Assembly (NCBI GenBank): GCA_044868145.1
Contig: JBIOWE010000006.1
Span: forward strand, 14,558-78,557
Length of the DNA: 64,000 nt
Direction: 5' to 3'
DNA from: Patescibacteria group bacterium
GTDB taxonomy: Bacteria; Patescibacteriota; Patescibacteriia; UBA10025; JBIOWE01
Shown here piece after piece: positions 19,733-29,561 of the stretch. Under the pieces are notes generated by a model that saw nothing but the letters and a program-made list of their open reading frames with translations, made no database searches and was not told the DNA's origin. The translations under genes were made by a program, and so were the position numbers. Numbering within the stretch: the stretch's first letter is position 1; every line of letters begins with the position of its first letter.

Positions 19733-19903
19733 TTTGCTTCTGGGCTTTTTTATTGGGTTGCCCCGCCCACTTTTCAGAAAATCTTTCTGTTACAAAACAA
19801 TAGTTCTTTCAGAAAATCCACGAAAAAAATAATCGGGTATTGATGAAAAGTGAGCGGGTTGACACATTTTATTATTCTGGTATCATATGGGGGAAGTATC
19901 TTT

Positions 19904-20518
19904 ATGCCATCAACAATGAAAAAAGGGAAAATTGTCCGTCGCTTTGGCGAGAATATTTTTGATTCGGAAAAATACAACAAGGTACTGACTCGACGGAGTT
20001 ATCCCCCGGGTCAGCACGGGCCAAAAGGCAGCGGACGACGTTCGGAATACGGTGAGCAGCTTATGATGAAGCAAAAGCTGCGCCTTATGTATGGGTTGCG
20101 TGAGCGACAGTTTCGCCATGCGTTCGAGCGCGCTTTGCAGATGTCGGGCAACACGGGCGAGAATTTACTGCGACTCCTGGAAGCACGCCTCGATAATGTC
20201 GTACACAGACTGCGCATCGCTTCGACAAAATCGCAAGCGCGCCAGCTTGTTTCGCACGGTCATTTTTTACTGAACGGTCGGCGCGTTGACGTACCGTCCA
20301 TTCTCGTGAAATCAGGCGACACAATCACTATTCGTCCAAAAAGCGGTACGTCGAAATACTTTCAGGAAGGGTTGAAGAAGATCGAAATCAAGCAAATTCC
20401 TGCGTGGCTTTCATGGGATCCGGCAAAGCAAGAGGCGAAGGTGGTCTCTGCTCCTGAAATAGAAAACGTACAAAAGAGCGTTGACGCAAGTCTCGTCGTA
20501 GAGTTCTATTCCCGATAG
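19904..20518 (+). CDS. rpsD: 30S ribosomal protein S4
   Basis: PPGQHG, SEYG.QL..KQK, LE.RLDN.V, ARQLVSHGH, VEFYSR. Confidence 0.97.
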   Translation: MPSTMKKGKIVRRFGENIFDSEKYNKVLTRRSYPPGQHGPKGSGRRSEYGEQLMMKQKLRLMYGLRERQFRHAFERALQMSGNTGENLLRLLEARLDNVVHRLRIASTKSQARQLVSHGHFLLNGRRVDVPSILVKSGDTITIRPKSGTSKYFQEGLKKIEIKQIPAWLSWDPAKQEAKVVSAPEIENVQKSVDASLVVEFYSR

Positions 20519-20622
20519 AGCAACTCCTTTTATTCGTTTCGGCAGAGTAAACACTCTGTTTTTTTGTTTACAAAATGTGAAAAATATGATATAATCTATC
20601 CGGTTGCTGATAAAAACCGACT

Positions 20623-21012
20623 ATGACGCAAAACGTTTTTGTTTCATCGCTTCGTTATATTCTGATTGAAGTCATCGGCGATATTTTTTATTTTCCTGTG
20701 TGGTGGTATTCGGCCGGACTCGTGCGCGCGGGTCGATATTGTATTCGAACATTTCAAACTCGGATCCGCAACATTGCTCTGGGCCTCTGGTTGCGGAGTA
20801 TGTTCAAGCCCATGTTCGGAGATTACAGTCGTCAAGGCAGATTAATCAGCATTTTCATGCGTCTCGTCGTATTAATCTATAAGCTCGCGCTGACCGTGTT
20901 TGCGCTTTTCTACTCGCTGCTCCTGTTTCTGCTTTGGGTGATCTTACCAATCGTTATTGCCTGGTATCTGCTCTTTCAGGTGTTCGGGCTCCCCTTACCA
21001 TTTTCTCGATAA
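20623..21012 (+). CDS. Conserved membrane protein upstream of the Clp ATPase
   Basis: YFPVWWY motif and hydrophobic C-terminus. Confidence 0.7.
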   Translation: MTQNVFVSSLRYILIEVIGDIFYFPVWWYSAGLVRAGRYCIRTFQTRIRNIALGLWLRSMFKPMFGDYSRQGRLISIFMRLVVLIYKLALTVFALFYSLLLFLLWVILPIVIAWYLLFQVFGLPLPFSR

Positions 21013-21020
21013 ACGCATCA

Positions 21021-23777
21021 ATGGCTACGGAATCCGCTCAACGTTTCGTCTACATTCCATGTTCGCTTTGCCATGGCAGCGGTGTGCAAGCCGGTCAGTC
21101 GTGCCCACAATGCAATGGCCGCGGGGCCTATCTTTGGCTCGAGAACGAATTTTTTTATTGGGGCAGAGTTATTGACACCTTTCACATTTTTGAACGTGAA
21201 CTTGAGCAAACGACCCGATTAATCCTGAACGGTTTTTTGCTGCTCTTCGGCATTCTCGGGATCGCTGCGCTCGTCCTTGCCGTGCTCCAGTCGATGACGC
21301 AGGCCGGCGACCCGTTCGCCGCGTTCACGTCCCGTTCGCCGCTCATGAGTCTTTTTGCGATCAGTCTTGTGGCGGACTTGTATGTCTATTACCGTTTTCA
21401 GCGGCAGTCATTTTTGCAGAAAACCGTCAAAGGGAAATCGTACGAATCGCCTGTCACAGATCTTCCCGTTGAAGAACTCTTTAGCCAGGCGGTGGCGCAA
21501 GGCAAACGCGCAAACGACGTTTCCTTGGCCTATAGCCAGGAAGCGCATCGCATGGTGGAACAGGCATGGCAACTCGCCAGGCGCCTGAAGCACGGCTCGG
21601 TTGAACCGTTGCATTTGTTCGGGACCCTGCTCGCCAATCAAAAATCGCGCGTGATCCTCGCGCGACTGGGCGTTGACGTTCGCATCCTCACTGACAAGAT
21701 ATCCCGCGTCCTTGAACGCGCGCCAATTGTTGAAGGAACTCCCGTGTTCTCTCCGGCACTGCGTACAATTCTTCTCGCTGCATATAAGGAAGCGTCCATG
21801 ACTCGTCAGCGTACCGTTGACGCGCCGCAACTGTTTGCGGCAATCGTGGAGCATGACCAACACTCGCGGAATATTCTCTATGACATGGAAATTGAGTATG
21901 ATGACGTGCGGAACGTTGTTGAATGGATTAATATCCAACAGCGCTTTTCCGCGCGTTGGCGCTCGTGGCAATCGAAGGCGCGCCACAAACCAAAAGGTGT
22001 GGTGGATCGCGCGATGACCGCGGTGGCCACGCCGCTTTTGGACAAGTTCAGCCGGGACCTCACTTTGCTGGCGCGGTCGGGCGTGTTGCCGCCGGCGCTT
22101 GGGCGCGAGAACGAAATTGAAGCGGTGTTCCGGACGCTCGAAAGCGGCAAGAATGCGCTTTTGGTCGGTAATCCCGGCGTGGGAAAAACGAGCATTGTGG
22201 AAGGCATCGCGGAATTGATGACGAGCGAAGAAGTTCCGCCGTTTTTGCAAGACAAGAGATTTGTGAGCATTTCCATCGCGTCGCTCGTCGGCGCTTCTGG
22301 CAGACAGGGCGAGCTCGAAGGACGGCTGACCGACATTATGAACGAGATTACGCGCGCTGGGAACATTGTGGTTTTTATCGATGGTATTGAAAAAATGATT
22401 GGTATTTCCACAGAGGGCGCGCAAAATCTTGATGTGGCCGATATTTTTGGCCAAGCGCTGCAACGCAAGCTTTTTTGGTGCATCGCGACCACCACACCGC
22501 CAGACTTCCGCCGTTACGTCGAGCACTCATCCTTGCTCGAGGTGTTTGCGCCGGTTATCGTTGACGAACCCAATACCAACGACACGATTCTCGTTCTTGA
22601 AGGAAAGGCAGGCCCTATCGAAGTGAAACATCTCGTGTATTTTTCGTATAGCGCCATTGAAAAAATCGTGGAAATGTCTCAACGCTACATTCATGACCGA
22701 TTCTTGCCGGAAAAAGCGATAAGCTTGCTTGAGGAAGTGGCGGTGTACGCCAGAAAAAAACACGGGAAGCATTCAATCGTTCGTGGAGACGAAGTGGCGG
22801 AGGTCGTTGCGCAAAGAACGCATATTCCTGTCACGCGCGTCACCCAGCAAGAGGGTGAGCGCTTGATGAATCTTGAAAAGCGCATTCACGAGCGAATGGT
22901 TGACCAGGAAGAAGCGGTGGGCGCTGTGGCAACCGCGCTGCGGCGCGCGCGCGCGGAATTGCGTGACGTACGGCGGCCAATCGTGAACCTCTTGTTTCTC
23001 GGGCCAACCGGCGTGGGAAAAACAGAACTCGCGAAAACCGTGGCAGAAGTGTACTTCGGTTCGGAAAATACCATGATCCGTCTCGACATGTCCGAATATC
23101 AAGAAAAGTCATCTATTAACCGGCTGATTGGCGCGCCGCCGGGCTACCGGGGCGAAGGGGAAGGCGGCTTTCTTACTGATGCCGTTCGCGCGAATCCGTT
23201 TTCGCTTGTGCTCCTCGACGAAATTGAAAAAGCGCATCCGGATATTCTCAACATTTTTTTACAGGTTATGGACGACGGGCGATTGACGGACACGCTTGGC
23301 CGAACTATTGATTTTACGAACGTGATATTGATTGGTACCTCAAACGCTGGCACGCCGCTCATCATGCAGCGCGTGCGCGAAGGCGTGCCCATGGAACGCA
23401 TCAAACGAGAACTGCTGGAAGAAGCACTCGGTCAATATTTCCGGCCGGAGTTCCTGAACCGGTTTGACCACGTCGTCGTGTTTAAACCGCTTGGTATGGA
23501 AGAGGTGGTGAAGATTACGGAATTGCTTCTCAAGCAGGTCGCGGCAAATCTGCAACCGAAAGGCATTACGTTTCGCGCTTCCAAAGAAGCGATCGCAGAA
23601 CTCGCGCAGGTTGGATTTGATCCAGTGTTTGGCGCGCGTCCGCTCCGTCGCGCAATCCAGGAGCGGGTGGATAACGCACTCGCGAACTATCTTTTGCAGG
23701 GAAGAATAGGCCGTCGAGATATTGCGATTCTTGATGTCGGCGGCGCGATTCGCGTGGAAAAAGCGGAACAACTGTAA
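21021..23777 (+). CDS. ClpA/B/C-family AAA+ ATPase with N-terminal DnaJ-like zinc finger and TM helices
   Basis: CSLCHGSG...CPQCNGRG, two TM segments, Clp_N repeats, GNPGVGKT, GPTGVGKT, RLDMSEY, LLDEIEKAH, GARPLRR. Confidence 0.9.
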   Translation: MATESAQRFVYIPCSLCHGSGVQAGQSCPQCNGRGAYLWLENEFFYWGRVIDTFHIFERELEQTTRLILNGFLLLFGILGIAALVLAVLQSMTQAGDPFAAFTSRSPLMSLFAISLVADLYVYYRFQRQSFLQKTVKGKSYESPVTDLPVEELFSQAVAQGKRANDVSLAYSQEAHRMVEQAWQLARRLKHGSVEPLHLFGTLLANQKSRVILARLGVDVRILTDKISRVLERAPIVEGTPVFSPALRTILLAAYKEASMTRQRTVDAPQLFAAIVEHDQHSRNILYDMEIEYDDVRNVVEWINIQQRFSARWRSWQSKARHKPKGVVDRAMTAVATPLLDKFSRDLTLLARSGVLPPALGRENEIEAVFRTLESGKNALLVGNPGVGKTSIVEGIAELMTSEEVPPFLQDKRFVSISIASLVGASGRQGELEGRLTDIMNEITRAGNIVVFIDGIEKMIGISTEGAQNLDVADIFGQALQRKLFWCIATTTPPDFRRYVEHSSLLEVFAPVIVDEPNTNDTILVLEGKAGPIEVKHLVYFSYSAIEKIVEMSQRYIHDRFLPEKAISLLEEVAVYARKKHGKHSIVRGDEVAEVVAQRTHIPVTRVTQQEGERLMNLEKRIHERMVDQEEAVGAVATALRRARAELRDVRRPIVNLLFLGPTGVGKTELAKTVAEVYFGSENTMIRLDMSEYQEKSSINRLIGAPPGYRGEGEGGFLTDAVRANPFSLVLLDEIEKAHPDILNIFLQVMDDGRLTDTLGRTIDFTNVILIGTSNAGTPLIMQRVREGVPMERIKRELLEEALGQYFRPEFLNRFDHVVVFKPLGMEEVVKITELLLKQVAANLQPKGITFRASKEAIAELAQVGFDPVFGARPLRRAIQERVDNALANYLLQGRIGRRDIAILDVGGAIRVEKAEQL

Positions 23778-23822
23778 ACAAAAAAAACAATGCTTGCGTA
23801 TCCGTGGCATCGTTGTTTTGTC

Positions 23823-24206
23823 TTAGGTCGAGACGTTACGCACCGAGTTGAAAACGAAGAGGAAGATCGACCAAGCGAGTAAGACAATGACGAGCCCAAT
23901 AACGGCCCCGCGGAGGATCTCCTTGGCTTTGCGGATGCGATCTTCGTTTCCGGCCGCGGTCATCCATACGAGTCCTCCGTAGACAATCAACACGACTGCC
24001 ACGAGTCCGAGCAGGCCAAGCACCCACTGTAGGAAGTTAATTGAGGTGCTCTGCAGGTCATTAGCTGGTAAATTGAGCTTTGCTCGAATCGAACCTCCGG
24101 GGTCGAATTCAATCGCTTGTGCGACGTATGTCGAATGGAATATGAGCACGCCAAAAGTCGTGAGCGACAGGAGAGTGCGGTTGATGGATCGTTGCATTTT
24201 TTGCAT
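23823..24206 (-). CDS. CPR-type pilin (TrbC/VirB2-like)
   Basis: G.VAV..IVYGG..WMTAAGNE....KAK.....AVIGL.I. Confidence 0.8.
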   Translation of the reverse strand: MQKMQRSINRTLLSLTTFGVLIFHSTYVAQAIEFDPGGSIRAKLNLPANDLQSTSINFLQWVLGLLGLVAVVLIVYGGLVWMTAAGNEDRIRKAKEILRGAVIGLVIVLLAWSIFLFVFNSVRNVST

Positions 24207-24309
24207 ATGCCAACTCAAGTATAAGAGAAAGATGCTTGCTTGACAAGATGAGAAGCAGCGGCTTACAATAGCTCCACAAAACAGCAACTTGAAAATAAGG
24301 AGGAGCATC

Positions 24310-25554
24310 ATGAATTCCGCAACAATGATTGGCGGAGGAGAAGAAAAAACTATCCGCTGTACGTTTGAGGGAAAACGTATTGAATGCAAGGCGCGCGTCA
24401 ACCTGCTCGAGACGTGGATTGCAGTGGTTACGGAGGGTCCCCAGATCGGCATGCTTGGTTTGCCCATTTGGGAAGACGAGGCGAAACTCGTTTCGTCATC
24501 CGGGGAAATTCCAGATATCGAATGGACGAGCGATAAGGTTCATTATGTACTGTATCGTTCGCTCTATTACGCGCTGCGAAACGTTATGCAAATTTTTCAA
24601 AAGTACCATCTTGCTGTCCATGTGGGTGAGCATGCCGCTATGCAGGAAGCGCTGACCGCTTCTCGAGAGCTCAATCAAATCTTTTTGGGAGTTCGCAAGG
24701 ATAACGAAAAAGAATTTGAAGCGTTGCTCGCCGGGAAGATTCAGTCGATGCTTGGCCGATTAAGCCCGCGCCCGAAGAATCTGTATAAAAAGGAAGGACA
24801 GATGTATCTTGGTGAGTTGCGCACGGCTCGTGATCGCTTGGGCAGAGTGAATCAGAGTGCCAAAATGGCTATATCGAAGGCAGCCGAACGTCGCTTCAGT
24901 ATGCGTGACGAGCAAATTTGCTTTACTATGCCCGTGCTCGCCGAGCGTCAGAAAGCGCTCGAGATTCTTCGCGATCTTATTGCGCTGCGTTTTTCTTCGG
25001 CAAAAGAATTCCTTGAGAATCTATTGGAAGAATCCAATTATCAGAAACTCTTCGGGAATCCTGTGCAACGGGTGAACGTAGGCGCAAGACTTTATAGCCT
25101 TGCGCAAGATATTGCCGCCATTGATATTCAGCCGTATACGTTTACAGCAGCGATGGTCGCAAAGGAATTTCAGCAGGCACAGCAGCTGCTTTTGAAGAAT
25201 CAGCCATGGAAAGCACGCGAAATTCTTGATATCAGTTTACGATCGCTACGCTTGAAAGCCGCACAACAGCGCATCGAAGATCTTATCACGGATATAACGA
25301 TCAGAGACGACGGTACGTTGGATAAGCGTAGCCTCGACGCCAGGATTAAGGATGTGTACTTGGATCTCAAGAACATTCCTGAGGCAGGGTTCGTCATATC
25401 TACGAAGGAGGGGATTCTCGTTTTTCTTGAGACAGCTCAAGCGTTTTTGCAAGCGGGCAGTATGAAGCAATGCCGCGCCGCCCTCAAAGAAGCTTCCAAT
25501 GTGATGCAAGCGCTGCCGCAAGGGGCACTGCACATTTCAAACACCACTCAATAA
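24310..25554 (+). CDS. Hypothetical helical protein
   Basis: 414 aa ORF, SD AAGGAGG, terminator at 25539-25572. Confidence 0.75.
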   Translation: MNSATMIGGGEEKTIRCTFEGKRIECKARVNLLETWIAVVTEGPQIGMLGLPIWEDEAKLVSSSGEIPDIEWTSDKVHYVLYRSLYYALRNVMQIFQKYHLAVHVGEHAAMQEALTASRELNQIFLGVRKDNEKEFEALLAGKIQSMLGRLSPRPKNLYKKEGQMYLGELRTARDRLGRVNQSAKMAISKAAERRFSMRDEQICFTMPVLAERQKALEILRDLIALRFSSAKEFLENLLEESNYQKLFGNPVQRVNVGARLYSLAQDIAAIDIQPYTFTAAMVAKEFQQAQQLLLKNQPWKAREILDISLRSLRLKAAQQRIEDLITDITIRDDGTLDKRSLDARIKDVYLDLKNIPEAGFVISTKEGILVFLETAQAFLQAGSMKQCRAALKEASNVMQALPQGALHISNTTQ

Positions 25555-25655
25555 TTTGAGTGGTGTTTTTTTATCTTGACGCCTGATATATTGTTTGTTA
25601 ATGTAACAAGACGGAAAAATAAAGAGCTTTTTGAAAACTTAAGACTAAAAAGGAG

Positions 25656-26768
25656 GTGACTACTCTTTTGAAGAAGCAAAGAAAAAAATGGTCACGCGAG
25701 AAGATCATAGCAAAAATTCAGTTCCGCCGCTCAAAAGGGTGGCCACTGAACTGGCAGTATGTTAGTGATTACTGTCAAGGACTTGTATCTATGGCGCAGC
25801 ACTACTTTGGTAGTTGGCGTTCAGCGATCGAGGTTGCAGGAATAGACTATAAATCGATTTGCGATCATCTCCCACCAAATACATGGACCAAACGAACCAT
25901 CAAGAAAACCATACAAGTTCGTCACAAACTCGGCCTGCCATTAAATGGAGATAATGTCAGAAAAACGCTTCCAGGATTGATGTCAGCAGCAAGGAGAATA
26001 TTTGGTTCATGGAGGAAGACGGTGGAAGCTTCTGGCATTCGTTATGAGAGGGTGCGAGTGTTGACAGCGTGGAATAAAAGGAAGATTATTCTTGCCATCC
26101 AACGGCGGAAGCGACAGCATAAACTATTAAATGTTGGTGCCGTTATAAAAGAAGATCGGAAACTTGTATCCGCAGCTGATTTACATTTTGGTTCTTGGAA
26201 CAAAGCGCTGAAGACCGCCGGATTCAATCCTGACACAATCTACATTCACCGTGTTTGGTCAAAAGAGAAGGTCCTGAGTGTCTTGCGCAAACGAATTCGA
26301 GAAGGTAGGGCAGTCAACAGGCAAGCACTCATAGAAGAGGATATGGGCCTTCAGCAAGCGACTGACAATTACTTTGGAAGCTGGGGAAAGGCTATACGGA
26401 AACTCGGGTATGACCCAAACGCTATGAGAAAACACCATTTTTGGTCAGAGAAAGAAATCCTTCAGAAACTTAGTGTCCTGATAAAAAATGGTGAAGCGAT
26501 AGATACGATAAGTCTGTTCAAGAAAGATCCAAAATTATTCAGCGCAATTCAGGTTCATATGGGAGGGCTCCATAACGCCTTAGCCCGGTTGGGCGTCAGC
26601 TCGGAGAAGCATCTACAATATCGTGTCCCCCTAAACAAGTGGGTTCGGAACTTGAATAAAAAAGAGATGCAAGAACTCACTGGGCAAACCTTAAGAATGA
26701 TTCACTTGGAGCGTTCCTCTACACCTATTTCTCAAAGGAGGAAGGCTGGTATAAAAAAGAAAAGATAG
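25656..26768 (+). CDS. Basic protein with five ~62-aa W..FGSW..A...G repeats (homing endonuclease-associated repeat-like)
   Basis: Repeats begin WSREKI, WTKRTI, WNKRKI, WSKEKV, WSEKEI; four contain FGSW. Confidence 0.8.
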   Translation: MTTLLKKQRKKWSREKIIAKIQFRRSKGWPLNWQYVSDYCQGLVSMAQHYFGSWRSAIEVAGIDYKSICDHLPPNTWTKRTIKKTIQVRHKLGLPLNGDNVRKTLPGLMSAARRIFGSWRKTVEASGIRYERVRVLTAWNKRKIILAIQRRKRQHKLLNVGAVIKEDRKLVSAADLHFGSWNKALKTAGFNPDTIYIHRVWSKEKVLSVLRKRIREGRAVNRQALIEEDMGLQQATDNYFGSWGKAIRKLGYDPNAMRKHHFWSEKEILQKLSVLIKNGEAIDTISLFKKDPKLFSAIQVHMGGLHNALARLGVSSEKHLQYRVPLNKWVRNLNKKEMQELTGQTLRMIHLERSSTPISQRRKAGIKKKR

Positions 26769-26923
26769 TTGTTAAGGATCTTTCAAAACCTCGATGATTA
26801 TATCGGGGTTTTATTTTATTATTGACACTTGACATTTTTTGAGCTAATTGTTAAAGTAGCATGAAATAAAACCTTTAACAGAGTATCTTGACAATCAAAA
26901 AGCACGAAAGGAGGTGATACCCT

Positions 26924-28003
26924 TTGAAGAAGCGAAAGTTACGCCATTGGACACCCGAGAAGATTCTGCGAATAATAGAGTATAGATCTTCAAAGGGGTG
27001 GCCACTGAATGCTAACCATGTACAGGATCATTGCGGCGGATTGTACATAGCTGCTGTGAGGCATCTTGGAAGCTGGCAAAATGCACTCGCAAAGGCCGGT
27101 ATTGATTATCGTAGTGTTTACAAACAGTTCCACGGAATTTGGAATAAAAAGTCTGTAGTTCAGGCAATTAGAAAAAAATATCGAGCCGGAGAACCGATGA
27201 ATTATCAACATGTGCTGGAACACCAAGGATTTCTCCTTTCTGCCGCCATCAAGAAATTCGGTGCGTGGCGTAAAGCGGTGCTCGCCGCTGGTATCTCATA
27301 TCAGGATGTTGCCGTAAAACGTCTTTCCGGTTATTGGAACGAGCGCTCATTTAAGAGGGCAGTTCGGAAAATGTATGAAGAAGGAGAGGCTCTCAATCCA
27401 GGCTACATAATGAAACGCCATGCGGGGATGTTCGGTTTCGCCAATCGCACCTACGGATCATGGAGAAAAGCTCTCTTTGTGATCGGTATCAAGGATTACG
27501 ACAACGTTCTTGTCCTTCAGCAATGGACGAAGGCAAAGGTCATTAAGTGTATTCTAAAAAGGTGGAAAGAAGTTAAGAGCCTTGACCAGAAAGAATTGGA
27601 GAAAGAGGACATGCCATTGTTCGGGGCAGCCCAGAAATATTTCGGCAGTACCGTTCGAGCGCTTCTAGCAGCTGGGCTCGATCCGAATACAGTCAGGACA
27701 CGAAAGCGATGGACCAGGGCAAATATCCTTGCCGAGCTTCGCGACCTTGTCTTCGCTGATCATGAACCTATTGACGCAGGAAGTTTGCTGCGAAGACACC
27801 CCTCATTACTAAGCGCTATTAATAAACATTGCGGGGGGCTTCGCAACGCGTTTGCAATGCTTGGCCTAGAACCAAAAAAGTATCTTTTAGCCGACTTGCC
27901 GATAGAAGACTGGGTGCGATCACTAAGTAACAACGAATTTGCAAGAGTTATCAAAGAAACACAGAAAATGATTGCAATCGAACAAAGAAAGGAGAAAACA
28001 TGA
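26924..28003 (+). CDS. Paralogous five-repeat protein
   Basis: Same repeat architecture and shared R.SKGWPLN; TTG start with AGGAGGTG SD; stop overlaps the next ATG. Confidence 0.8.
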   Translation: MKKRKLRHWTPEKILRIIEYRSSKGWPLNANHVQDHCGGLYIAAVRHLGSWQNALAKAGIDYRSVYKQFHGIWNKKSVVQAIRKKYRAGEPMNYQHVLEHQGFLLSAAIKKFGAWRKAVLAAGISYQDVAVKRLSGYWNERSFKRAVRKMYEEGEALNPGYIMKRHAGMFGFANRTYGSWRKALFVIGIKDYDNVLVLQQWTKAKVIKCILKRWKEVKSLDQKELEKEDMPLFGAAQKYFGSTVRALLAAGLDPNTVRTRKRWTRANILAELRDLVFADHEPIDAGSLLRRHPSLLSAINKHCGGLRNAFAMLGLEPKKYLLADLPIEDWVRSLSNNEFARVIKETQKMIAIEQRKEKT

Positions 28004-29394
28004 AGCAGGAAGATCAGTATGCAATCAAGTATTTACCCATCGAGGACATTGAACAAACACTGAAACAACCTCGAGAGACATTTGAAGCAGAGCCATTGGA
28101 TGAGCTTGCGAAGTCAATAAAAGACAAAGGGCTGCTTCAACCAATCATTGTAAGACAGAACGGCACGAAGTACGATGTCGTAGTCGGGGGTCGACGTATT
28201 AAAGCCGCGGCGATAGCAGGGCTGCGAGAAATCCCTGTAATTATTGCGGATGTATCTACATCAGAAGCTTTTGAACTCGCCCTTATTGAAAACGTCCAGC
28301 GAGAAGACCTCACGTTTTTTGAGGAGGCAAACGCGCTCTTGCATCTCATGCGGTCTGGAGATTTTAATAACGCTGATGATTTGGCTGAACGGATTGGAAA
28401 GAACAGATCCTTCATAGTGAGCAGACTGAAACTTCTCCAGTTGCCGGAATCCATTCAAACAATGGTTGCGGAAAAGAAACTTGGTATCTCACACGCGGTC
28501 GCCTTGACGAAATTGCCCGATAAGAAACGTCAAGAAGCCACGGCTAAAATTGTCGCGAAGGATCGTCTGACGCTCACAGAGACACAGAGTCTTGTTTTGA
28601 AGAAAACAGGGTCCCTTGTTCGGCGCTATAAAGTAGCAGAGACGAACTCGCCCATTGCGATTCTCGAACGGCTACACAACTATCTAACCCTTGTAGCAAA
28701 TTTAGATTGGAGCCAGGAAGGAAAGATTACCCAGAAAGGTTTGAGAGAAAACTTGGAGAGGGTTGCGCGCAGCTTATTAAACGTTGCGGAGCTTCTCGCT
28801 AAGGGTTCCCCTGCCGAGGAAACGAGGGAGTTCTTGCAAAAAACAAATAAATCAGTAAGTGCGCAACTCAAGATTCTGGGTTTAACGAACCATTGCGAAC
28901 AAGCACGATGGCACTTGCGACGGTTTGATTTTTCCGGGGTGAACCTCGAAGACACTCAACGAATAGCAGAAGTTCTACAGGCACTCCGTCAATTGATAGA
29001 TCTTCGATTAAAGAATCTGCCGCTCCGAAGAGTCAAGGAAGCAAAGAAATCTGCGAGTAAACAGCGTCCAAGCGATAAGTCCTTTGTATCCCCCGATCAT
29101 GTTTTGCGGACTATTTGTGACCAATATGGCATTTCGCTCAAACGGTTTTTGAGCCCCGAGCGAACTGAAGATTTGATCACTGCTCGGCAAATTGCCGCTT
29201 ATATCTTACGCGAGGACTTGGGCCTTACATTTCCTAACATCGCAAAAAAACTGAATAGGGCTACCCATCTAACTGTTATGTATGGCCATGAGGTTATCCA
29301 GGCAGCGATCAAGAAAAATAAGGATTTGCGTATCAATCTTAGTTCGCTCCGAGAAAAGATCTTCGGACCAGCGGTGCAAGTGAAGGATGGGTAA
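28000..29394 (+). CDS. ParB/Spo0J-family protein fused to a C-terminal DnaA domain IV-like HTH
   Basis: QPR.TF...L.ELA.SI...GLLQPI, GGRRI.A, ALIENVQREDL; C-terminal ARQIAAYILREDLGLTFPNIAKKLNRATHLTVMYG. Confidence 0.85.
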   Translation: MKQEDQYAIKYLPIEDIEQTLKQPRETFEAEPLDELAKSIKDKGLLQPIIVRQNGTKYDVVVGGRRIKAAAIAGLREIPVIIADVSTSEAFELALIENVQREDLTFFEEANALLHLMRSGDFNNADDLAERIGKNRSFIVSRLKLLQLPESIQTMVAEKKLGISHAVALTKLPDKKRQEATAKIVAKDRLTLTETQSLVLKKTGSLVRRYKVAETNSPIAILERLHNYLTLVANLDWSQEGKITQKGLRENLERVARSLLNVAELLAKGSPAEETREFLQKTNKSVSAQLKILGLTNHCEQARWHLRRFDFSGVNLEDTQRIAEVLQALRQLIDLRLKNLPLRRVKEAKKSASKQRPSDKSFVSPDHVLRTICDQYGISLKRFLSPERTEDLITARQIAAYILREDLGLTFPNIAKKLNRATHLTVMYGHEVIQAAIKKNKDLRINLSSLREKIFGPAVQVKDG

Positions 29395-29490
29395 AATGCC
29401 TAATAGCGCGGTAACCCAAAGGCATTCAAAGAGTACATTTAAGGCGCTTTCTGCAAATTTTCAACTTTGGAGGAAGCGCTGATAACTTTT

Positions 29491-29519
29491 GAGGCACTGT
29501 AGCAACGGTGCCTCTTTTT
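29491..29519 (+). terminator. Intrinsic terminator
   Basis: GAGGCACTGT-agca-ACGGTGCCTC-TTTTT. Confidence 0.75.
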
Positions 29520-29561
29520 ATTTGCTCAAAAGTTCAAAAATCATTATAATAACCTTAAAGA

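Noticed and set aside
21408-22526. Long antisense ORFs (also 9499-10338, 31802-32536, 36960-37772)
   Set aside because: Shadow frames opposite well-supported conserved genes.
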